Source: an uncultured Pseudomonadota bacterium
Lineage (GTDB): Bacteria > Pseudomonadota > Gammaproteobacteria > Methylococcales > Methylomonadaceae
Length of the DNA: 64,000 nt
Assembly: GCA_963705975.1 (NCBI GenBank)
Contig: CAVPMI010000001.1
Coordinates: 101,765 to 165,764 of the forward strand
Direction: 5' to 3'
The notes under the pieces were generated by a model that was given only the letters and a program-made list of their open reading frames with translations, was not told where the DNA came from and made no database searches. Both the position numbers and the translations under genes were made by a program. Positions 30,010-37,698 of the stretch are shown in pieces (within the stretch, counting starts at the first letter, position 1; every line of letters starts with the position of its first letter).

Positions 30010-30116
30010 TTTACCCCATGTTTTACCCCAAAACTTACCCCAAACTTACCCCAAATTTACCCCAAATTTACCCCAAATTTACCCCGAAATTTACGGTTTA
30101 CGGGCGTAATTTACAC
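30010..30116 (+). repeat. Phased array of (T/C)TTACCCC repeats (7 copies, 11-12-bp period) plus 3 degenerate copies
   Basis: Copies start at 30010, 30022, 30034, 30045, 30056, 30067 and 30078. Degenerate copies follow: TTTACGG (30090), TTTACGGG (30097) and ATTTACAC (30109). The array lies between the left junction and the 3' end of the 348-aa recombinase gene. Confidence 0.8.
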
Positions 30117-31144
30117 TCATTATTTTCAAAACTCATATTGTTTTTTGTAACAAGCTTAACTTTTCTTGTGCCTCGGATGTCACCGACCTTTACAGATGAT
30201 TCTTTTTTTGAATTACCATAAAAAGTTTGTGATATATCGTTACAGTGACCGAGAACAATGCTAACTTGTTCGTCAGTCAATGTTGCTTTGATGTGTGATG
30301 CAAAAATATGTCTAAATGTGTAAGGCGATATGTAATTTTTAAGACGAGGAAAAACAGACTTTGAGTAATTTCTCATCTGTTCGCCAAAATTTTTAGCGCT
30401 ATCAATTTTTATTATCGATTCGCCATTATTGAGATGATTTAAAAGATAATGAAATTCAGGTGTATCACTTTTTACTGTAAAACTTCTAGTTTCTTGCCCA
30501 TATTTGCCTTTATGAGTTTTTTTAGAATTTACTATAAATCTTATACCACCATCGCAAACAGCACAAGAAACACCACCTTCAATTTCGGCGGGACGAGCAC
30601 CACATAAAGATAACAGGCATATAGGCAAAATATACTTACTATCCATTTTTTTAAGATAATCAAAATAATCCTTCTGAAATTCACGAGGAAGCTTAGAAAT
30701 CTGCAATTTCTTTGACCTTGATTTTTGTTTAGGTTTATTGGCTTGCTTCCATTCAGATTCATATTGTCCATTCTCAGATTTTTTTAAATGATTACCGGCA
30801 AAATCTGGCGGTATGCGTTGAATACATTCAACACAATATTGTAGCTTTTTAATAAGATTGATCTTTTTTTGATGTTCTTTTTCTTTATCGGCTTTTATTA
30901 ATAATTCCTTCGCTTTTGTTTCATAAATGTAACACCAAGCCGCTCTATACGCATAATACGTATTACGGCTTTTAGATAGCGTAAGAGGGTCAGTAGAGTG
31001 TTTAGCCATCCGACGTACGCATAATGCGTACTGTTTGATGGTAGGCTCTGATGGCTGTTTGCGTGGTGGTAATGCTCGAATGTAAGCACTTGCTTCATTC
31101 ATGACCATATACCATGATTGAATATCTTGATTATCCATAATCAA
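30098..31144 (-). CDS. Tyrosine recombinase-like protein (atypical box II)
   Basis: 348 aa. LSLCGARPAEI (catalytic Arg), ...SPYTFRHIFASH... (R-H present, but Tyr where the first His of HxxR is expected), VLGHCND and QTFYGN (candidate nucleophile Tyr). Confidence 0.7.
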   Translation of the reverse strand: MIMDNQDIQSWYMVMNEASAYIRALPPRKQPSEPTIKQYALCVRRMAKHSTDPLTLSKSRNTYYAYRAAWCYIYETKAKELLIKADKEKEHQKKINLIKKLQYCVECIQRIPPDFAGNHLKKSENGQYESEWKQANKPKQKSRSKKLQISKLPREFQKDYFDYLKKMDSKYILPICLLSLCGARPAEIEGGVSCAVCDGGIRFIVNSKKTHKGKYGQETRSFTVKSDTPEFHYLLNHLNNGESIIKIDSAKNFGEQMRNYSKSVFPRLKNYISPYTFRHIFASHIKATLTDEQVSIVLGHCNDISQTFYGNSKKESSVKVGDIRGTRKVKLVTKNNMSFENNECKLRP

Positions 31145-31227
31145 CCTACATTTAAAAGTTATATGTTTTTACTTCATTTTATTACGTAAAAAAGCGCGTG
31201 AACGCTATCGCTAACAGCCACGCACCT

Positions 31228-31253
31228 ATATTATTGCCATATGGCAATAATAT
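31228..31253. promoter_or_regulatory. Perfect 26-bp palindrome ATATTATTGCCATATGGCAATAATAT upstream of the 348-aa recombinase gene
   Basis: All 13 pairs around the centre at 31240/31241 were checked base by base. It lies between the end of a small ORF (31257) and the recombinase start (31144). Confidence 0.5.
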
Positions 31254-31256
31254 TAA

Positions 31257-31430
31257 CTAATACATTTGCTCTTCTTCCTTACGCTCCATATCTTGCTCAA
31301 GTGTCCACTGCAGATAAGCTTGTTCTCCAAGTTCATGAAGATAATTTATATCAGCAATCTCTTCACAGCGTGGGCAAAGAAAATCATACATTGTACTTTG
31401 AGAAGGGTGAACTATACGTATTGTGATCAT
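31257..31430 (-). CDS. Small hypothetical protein (57 aa, acidic C-terminus)
   Basis: Part of track ORF 31257..31502. The internal start MITIRIVHPS... has AAGGA upstream, and the protein contains CPRC. No family recognised and the coding status is uncertain. Confidence 0.3.
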   Translation of the reverse strand: MITIRIVHPSQSTMYDFLCPRCEEIADINYLHELGEQAYLQWTLEQDMERKEEEQMY

Positions 31431-32119
31431 AAATAATTCCTTAAAATAAATGGTTGTCATTAGGACTAACTTTAATAAATGTGTATGATAATAATATATC
31501 ATGCAAAAATTTAAGTGTTAATACTAGTTAAAACAACTTTATTATAAAAACAATAGGTTTTTTCAAAATATATATTTAAAAGTACGGACGTACGAAAACT
31601 ATTTGCATTCGTTTTGAAGGGGAATTTTAATAGCTAAAAATGGTATCGCGTATATAAAATAATTATAAGAAATGGTTATTTTCAGGTTCATCGTTGTGTT
31701 AGCATCAAAGGCTGGCAATGGTATAGGTGGTAAAAATGGTATAATGCATGCAAGGTATTGATAGTATTTGGTAATTTCATGGTGCACCATCCTTTTAGCA
31801 TCAAGAATTGGCAAATGCTACGTTTCCCTGGCATTGAAAGACCTACAATTAGCTAAATTTGACTTGAAATTACAGTATCTAGTTTTGGGATAATTATGTA
31901 CTATACAATTTTTTGCATTAACGTATTAGCGAGTAAGAGCATGGAAAATTTTATTCCCATCATTAGCAGTATGTTTGTTTGTGTCGTGAACCAGTTTAAT
32001 TCAAACTTCGTTAAAGTGCCTATCCTAGAACATATAAATATAATAACCAAAGCTAAATTAATTTGGCATTATATACAACCAATAATTATTAATAAATGCT
32101 AGTTTTCTAAGCGTAGGAG

Positions 32120-33559
32120 TTGATTTTGAAATTTATTCGGAAATTTTTTCGCAAAAACCAGGCTTTGCCCTTAGTTAACGTTACAAACTATTCAACAAGT
32201 GAACCTAAGCAAACAGTTGTAAATAACGAAAAGACCAAGGTGATTAAGCTCGCGGCTGAGCAGGGAGATGTAAATGCACAATTTTATCTTGGGTATATGT
32301 ATGACCATGGAAAAATAGTAGTTCAAGATTATAAAGAAGCATATAAATGGTACAAATTAGCCGCAGAACAGGGAAATATAAACGCACAATTGCAACTTGG
32401 CTTTAAGTATGACCAAGGAATAGGACTAATTCAAGATTATAAGGAAGCTTTTAGATGGTTCACATTAGCCGCAGAACAGGGAAAAAAGGATGCACAATTT
32501 GCAATTGGCTATATGTACGACAATGGGAATGGAGTAAGTCAAGATTATAATGAAGCTATTAAATGGTACAAATTAGCCGCAGAACAAGGTGATGTAATAG
32601 CACATTTTTCTCTTGGTTTTATGTATTATGAAGGAAATAAAGTAATTCAAGATTATAAGGAAGCATTTAAATGGTTTACATTAGCAGCAGAACAAGGAGA
32701 TGTAAAATCACAATTTAATCTTGGTCTTATGTATGATAAAGGACAAGGACTAATTCAAGATTATAAGGAAGCTTTTAAATGGTATAAATTAGCCGCAGAA
32801 CAAGGTGATTCCGATGCACAAAATAAACTTGGTGTTAGGTATGAGCAGGGGAAAGGTGTAATTCAAGATTATAAGGAAGCTTTTAAGTGGTACAAATTAG
32901 CCGCAGAACAGGGTGAAGCGCTTGCACAAGTTAATCTCGGTCTTATGTATGAAGAAGGACAAGGAGTAATTCAAGATTATAAGGAAGCTTCTAAGTGGTA
33001 CAAATTAGCCGCAGAACAAGGTGATGCAAAATCACAATCTAAGCTTGGCTATATGTATGACAAAGGATTAGGACTAATTCAAGATTGTAAAGAAGCTTAT
33101 AAATGGTACAAATTAGCCGCAGAACAAGGTGATGTAATAGCACAATATAATATTGGTGTTATATATAATATAGGACAAGGAGTAATTCAAGATTATAAGG
33201 AAGCTTTCAAGTGGTTTAAATTAGCCGCAGAACAAGGTGATGTAATAGCACAATATAGTCTTGGTAATATGTATGATCAAGGCAAAGGAGTAATTCAAGA
33301 TTATAAGGAAGCTTTCAAGTGGTTCAAACTAGCCGCAGAACAAGGTGATGCTGATGCACAAAATAAACTTGGTATTATGTGTAGTCTAGGGCAAGGTGTC
33401 GATCAGAATTATATTTTTGCACATAAGTGGTTTAATATTTCAGCCGTAAATGGGGATAAAAATGCAAGAAATAACAGAGATATTTTAGCAAGTAAAATGA
33501 CGTTAGATCAAATAGAAACAGCACAGAAATTAGCAAGAAAATGTATGGATAATTCATAA
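32120..33559 (+). CDS. Sel1-like repeat (SLR/TPR-like) protein, 11 consecutive 36-aa repeats plus C-terminal cap, no signal peptide
   Basis: The repeat unit KLAAEQGDxxAQxxLGxMYxxGxGVIQDYKEAFKWY occurs 11 times, followed by FNISAVNGDKNARNNRDILASKMTLDQIETAQKLARKC. AGGAG at 32115-32119 favours TTG 32126 as the true start. The N-terminus is basic and not hydrophobic. Confidence 0.85.
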   Translation: MILKFIRKFFRKNQALPLVNVTNYSTSEPKQTVVNNEKTKVIKLAAEQGDVNAQFYLGYMYDHGKIVVQDYKEAYKWYKLAAEQGNINAQLQLGFKYDQGIGLIQDYKEAFRWFTLAAEQGKKDAQFAIGYMYDNGNGVSQDYNEAIKWYKLAAEQGDVIAHFSLGFMYYEGNKVIQDYKEAFKWFTLAAEQGDVKSQFNLGLMYDKGQGLIQDYKEAFKWYKLAAEQGDSDAQNKLGVRYEQGKGVIQDYKEAFKWYKLAAEQGEALAQVNLGLMYEEGQGVIQDYKEASKWYKLAAEQGDAKSQSKLGYMYDKGLGLIQDCKEAYKWYKLAAEQGDVIAQYNIGVIYNIGQGVIQDYKEAFKWFKLAAEQGDVIAQYSLGNMYDQGKGVIQDYKEAFKWFKLAAEQGDADAQNKLGIMCSLGQGVDQNYIFAHKWFNISAVNGDKNARNNRDILASKMTLDQIETAQKLARKCMDNS

Positions 33560-33567
33560 TCAATAGT

Positions 33568-34377
33568 ATGTGTCCTAAAGAAATCAAAAAAGAGCCTGTT
33601 TGCATTAAAGAACTCGAAGTACCGGTTCTTGTTGCCCACTTTTCTGAATGGGTAACTAATTTATGCAAACGCTTTCAAACGACAGAGGACGACATGCAAT
33701 TGTTTATTGAGAAGCGTAATCGTATCATAAAATATTTGCAAGATGAATTAATACCACTATCTTACTTTTGTCAACATTACACTTTGCAACACCCTGGAAT
33801 GTACATTAGGTACTATCCAGGAAGCCAACAATCTTTTGATGCCAAGATACTTGATTCAAATAAGGAAGATTTTGAGAAACTTGAAGTGACACTAGCAGAT
33901 TTTGGCTACGAAGAGAGAATCAGAAACGAGTTGTTATTAAAGTTCGGCTGCGTACCGCTATACTCAACTTTTGATAATGAGATACTTGATATAGATGGTG
34001 AGGTAACAACAGATAATTTTAACCACAAGAGCAAGAGATATGAGTTGTTATCAAAGTTTGGCTGCGCCCCTGAATACATCGATGGAAAACCTCATCCTTG
34101 TAAAGCACCAGAACTGGAAGTGATCAATGCCAATATTATTGTTGATAAATGCATTGAAAAAGTTCGAGCCGCCGTTGAAAAAAAAATCAAAAAAAGCGAA
34201 TCCGGTAAATACAAAGATTGTAACCTAATTGTTGCATTTGATGACTTTTGCTTGTTATCGGAAGAACACTTTGCACAAACCCGCGCTGAATTTTTCCAGA
34301 TCAAGACTTGCTTTCCAGTTGTCTACTATGTCGGTCTCACAGGTAGGTTGTTTCTTAAGGTGTCAAGTCTTGGTTGA
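33568..34377 (+). CDS. Hypothetical 269-aa protein, apparently co-transcribed with the Sel1-repeat gene
   Basis: The ORF starts 8 nt after the Sel1 gene stop. It has an internal duplicated motif, ELLLKFGCVP (aa 121-130) and ELLSKFGCAP (aa 159-168). No family recognised. Confidence 0.5.
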   Translation: MCPKEIKKEPVCIKELEVPVLVAHFSEWVTNLCKRFQTTEDDMQLFIEKRNRIIKYLQDELIPLSYFCQHYTLQHPGMYIRYYPGSQQSFDAKILDSNKEDFEKLEVTLADFGYEERIRNELLLKFGCVPLYSTFDNEILDIDGEVTTDNFNHKSKRYELLSKFGCAPEYIDGKPHPCKAPELEVINANIIVDKCIEKVRAAVEKKIKKSESGKYKDCNLIVAFDDFCLLSEEHFAQTRAEFFQIKTCFPVVYYVGLTGRLFLKVSSLG

Positions 34378-34651
34378 GGCTGTATATTCTAGTCAGTAGC
34401 TACTGATAGTGCCTACGCAGAATTTCAATTACCTTCAAACGATGGGCAGAAAAGTAATTCAAAGGCTTTTAGATACGATACGAGATAAATATTGACCTAA
34501 TCTTTTCTACAATAGGATACTATCTAGCCATTATTAATCTGATTAATTGCAATATAAAAATCGGAATGTACTATTGATTTATTGCTTAATCAATACTCGA
34601 AGAAGAAAAGCAGGGATATTTATATGTAACTATAATAAATTATAATATAAA

Positions 34652-34882
34652 TTATTTTAGACGTAAGATGGTATCTTCTTCAATGTCATCATTAATTATA
34701 TTTTCCGTATACTTTTTATTCTTTTCATCTTTAAGGATTGAAATAAATAAAGTATCACCACCGGATGAACCTGATGAGCCGCAAGATCCTTCAGGTAATT
34801 TCTTAAGTAATGATGTGTTTAATACAAACATTTTAGTGTTTTCTGATAGGAACGGATTTCTATTTTCCATATATATTTCCAT
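34652..34882 (-). CDS. Hypothetical 76-aa ORF (low confidence)
   Basis: Track ORF in very AT-rich DNA downstream of the Rep gene, containing GSCGSSGSSGG. There is no other support. Confidence 0.2.
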   Translation of the reverse strand: MEIYMENRNPFLSENTKMFVLNTSLLKKLPEGSCGSSGSSGGDTLFISILKDEKNKKYTENIINDDIEEDTILRLK

Positions 34883-35117
34883 ATTTAAATTTGTAAACTT
34901 AAAAATTTGACATAGATTGGTCTTTAGGTTAATGCCAAGTTTTATTTTTTTAAGTAATTTAATGTATTAAGTAAAAATGATTATAATTAATTTATAAATA
35001 ACATAAGTGTTTATATATATTTATCCCCTAACAAAACTATAGCATACAAATAGAGTATCTCAATAGTAAAAAACTTATTTAATTAACATTTTAATAGTTG
35101 TATTGTATTTTTTATTC

Positions 35118-36929
35118 TTACAACAGTAAATTGTTATGAGTATTATATAAGGAATATAAAAACTTATATGTTTTATATATATCTCTATTATGTATTATTA
35201 TATGCTTATAATAATTTACAACCACAACCGCCTTTGTTTTTTTATTATCATCATCATTATTATTTTTATTTATATTATTTGCGCTCCGCGTACACTTATT
35301 GATAGTAATTCGAGAACAAACAGGCGTTGTCTCGTGCGCTGCGGCAGTGGCCGCCTCGCCCATTCCATCGCCTGTTTGCACGGCGTCCGCCGCATTAAAA
35401 CTAAATTCATCCAAACATTCGGAAAGAGTATTAAATGATTGACTAATAGAATTACCAGATATATATTTATTTATAACAAAAGACCACTCTTTTATACGTG
35501 TAATAGTAGTTAAGCCATTGATAATTACACCTTTTATTTTTTTCTTATCTTCTTTATAATTATTTACATAATCAAGCTTATGAAGCTTAACGTCATTAGA
35601 TAAAACCAAAGTCATAAATTTAGAGTAATCCTTAAAAAATGAACATACACGCAACTGCTCAAGAAGTGGATCTGATTGTTTATCATTACGCAAGCGTCCA
35701 ATCTCACGCCATAAACCAACAGCGCAACCGCCAAAAAATTGAAACTGACGAATAGCCCAATCTGAACTAAAACCACGAATACGCTCGCCTTGTTCGGCAT
35801 GACTAACTTCGCCGCGATTTGCGCCTGTATTTTTACCTATATACTTAGCAACGTAACCCGCCGCACCGGCCTTATTAGGATCAAGCTTAACTGATTTAAA
35901 ACGTGAGCCTGAATTTGGAATCTTACTATTGCCTTTACCGAAATATGTAAAACCTTCCGAAAGATGATTATGACCCTTAAGCGGAGCTGCGCCATTTTCG
36001 CAACCATCAACTTTTAAAGCTTGATATGACATACGTTCGTGAACTCTATCCGCATGCTGTGGCGCAAAAAATATTAAAATATGGCGATGTGTACAGCCAT
36101 CACGATGCGGCTCTGTAACCTGCAAGCCAATTATATTAATGCCATCGCGCGCGCAGGCAGAGCGAAAACGTGCCCAGACTTTTTGTAAGTGATTTTTACT
36201 ATCTAAAGGTTCAGCACCGCTATACTTTTTGTTTACAACACTACCTGGACAAGAATGAAAAGATGAAGGACAAGTTATAGTCCAAAAATAAGCCGCCATG
36301 CCGTTTTGCTTTGCATATTCTTGATAACCATGAATACGAAGCATTAACTCATTGTATCGATTTTGTGGATTTGCTTGAGACTTATCATATACACCAAGCA
36401 TACTTAATCTTTTACCCGTTGACTGATCAAAAATAAAAATCTTAGCCATCATTTCGCGTATTGAATTTTGCTTTTCGCGATATTCCTCTAAATTTTCATC
36501 AGTGATATAGCGATTTTTACCGGTGTCAGGATTTGCACCCAATAAGCCTTTACGCATTGCATACATATTTGCAGCACGCTTACGATAAGTCTTCACGCGT
36601 TTATTCCAAAACTTACGCATACTTACTTTTACTTTAAATGCATAAAAATGTTGATAAGTTGGACAACCGAACGTTGTAAACCTTAAAAACTTTCTGACAT
36701 TCAATATAAAATCAAATTCATCCGGGTAACACATTGTAAATAATTCGATTATCTGCAAATATTCATAATTATGAAGATAATTAATATCAAAAGTTAACAA
36801 TTTACCATCAATAAATGATTCAAAATAATCTAACACTTTTTCAGAAATTAACGATCTTTCGTTTTTGACGTTAGACATAAAATTACAAATCCATTTGTTT
36901 AATCTATTTATATTAGTATAATAGCACAT
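35118..36929 (-). CDS. HUH-superfamily rolling-circle replication initiator (phiX174 gpA / P2 gpA-like)
   Basis: 603-aa ORF with the three RCR motifs in canonical order. These are FWTITCP (aa 215-221), EPHRDGCTHRHILIFF (HUH; aa 273-288) and GYVAKYIGKN (two-Tyr Y-x-x-K-Y; Y359/Y363). The exact start is uncertain and the C-terminal ~60 aa are low-complexity. Confidence 0.75.
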   Translation of the reverse strand: MCYYTNINRLNKWICNFMSNVKNERSLISEKVLDYFESFIDGKLLTFDINYLHNYEYLQIIELFTMCYPDEFDFILNVRKFLRFTTFGCPTYQHFYAFKVKVSMRKFWNKRVKTYRKRAANMYAMRKGLLGANPDTGKNRYITDENLEEYREKQNSIREMMAKIFIFDQSTGKRLSMLGVYDKSQANPQNRYNELMLRIHGYQEYAKQNGMAAYFWTITCPSSFHSCPGSVVNKKYSGAEPLDSKNHLQKVWARFRSACARDGINIIGLQVTEPHRDGCTHRHILIFFAPQHADRVHERMSYQALKVDGCENGAAPLKGHNHLSEGFTYFGKGNSKIPNSGSRFKSVKLDPNKAGAAGYVAKYIGKNTGANRGEVSHAEQGERIRGFSSDWAIRQFQFFGGCAVGLWREIGRLRNDKQSDPLLEQLRVCSFFKDYSKFMTLVLSNDVKLHKLDYVNNYKEDKKKIKGVIINGLTTITRIKEWSFVINKYISGNSISQSFNTLSECLDEFSFNAADAVQTGDGMGEAATAAAHETTPVCSRITINKCTRSANNINKNNNDDDNKKTKAVVVVNYYKHIIIHNRDIYKTYKFLYSLYNTHNNLLL

Positions 36930-37304
36930 CTTTTTTAAATTAAAAATGATATATTATTAATATATTATAAGTAAATTATATATTATTATAATCATATTAT
37001 ACATGGTACTATTTACATTAAAACTAACGTATAACAACAGTTGTCGTTTGCTCGCGCGTGAGTCTTATACCGCCCTGCGCGCGGCCGGCGAAGGGTTGAA
37101 ATAATTTATAAAATTACTTATTAATTAGCGCATTGCACCGCAACGGCTAACGAATTAAGATCAAAAGCTATCAATAATGGAGTAAGCGCCTGGAATGCAT
37201 TCACGAAGAATGAAAGGCGTGAGTTGTTTTAAAGAAAGAACAAAAAAACTCGCGGGTAGTATGTGCTCGTTTTTTTTATAAATGGATTATATTTATTATT
37301 AAGA

Positions 37305-37528
37305 TTAGATTATCTATTGCATTATAATTAGATTATCTGCTAAAATGTAAATCAAAAAATAACTCTGGTGTGAATTTCAATCGTCTTTTTTATTTAATTA
37401 TTTGTTTCACGTGGAACAGTTATAATGTTAGATAACTATATAGGTATTATTTAGCTGATAACCATTTAATAATTATAATGCCATTATATACTTTATATTG
37501 TGATTATAATTATGAAATGATTATCTCG
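37305..37528. repeat. Scattered TTAGAT(T/A)A(T/C)CT-type repeats (iteron-like) in the Rep-int intergenic region
   Basis: TTAGATTATCT at 37305-37315 and 37328-37338 (23-bp spacing), TTAGATAACT at 37428-37437 and GATTATCT at 37519-37526. Confidence 0.35.
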
Positions 37529-37612
37529 ATTATAAAAGCAAAATAAGTATAAAGGTATTATATATAAATAAAAACAAACAAATAAACAAACTAACTAACA
37601 AATAAACAAAGT

Positions 37613-37698
37613 GGTGTAAATTAAAGGTGTAAATCGGTGATTCTTACACCTGTAAATCATGAGTGTAAATTACAGGTGTAAATCGGTGATTTTTACAC
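37613..37698. repeat. Nested direct/inverted repeat cluster built on TGTAAAT / TTACAC
   Basis: xxTGTAAAT occurs at 37613, 37626, 37649, 37662 and 37675. The 17-mer GGTGTAAATCGGTGATT occurs twice (37626-37642 and 37675-37691), each time followed by TTACAC. There is also a 9-bp perfect inverted repeat, CACCTGTAA (37647-37655) and TTACAGGTG (37670-37678). Confidence 0.7.

Noticed and set aside
30010-30116. Possible CRISPR array
   Set aside because: The period is only 11-12 bp with no spacers. No cas genes or 25-40-bp repeats occur anywhere in the window.
30018-30221. 67-aa + strand ORF (MFYPKTYPKLTPNLPQIYPKFTPKFT...)
   Set aside because: It is an artefact of translating the 11-bp TTTACCCC repeat array, and it overlaps the 3' end of the recombinase gene on the other strand.
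33840-33900. PD-(D/E)xK nuclease motif in the 269-aa orphan (FDAKIL...KLEVTLAD)
   Set aside because: The third position is Thr rather than Lys, and I cannot verify the secondary-structure context. It is mentioned only as a hypothesis to test by structure prediction.
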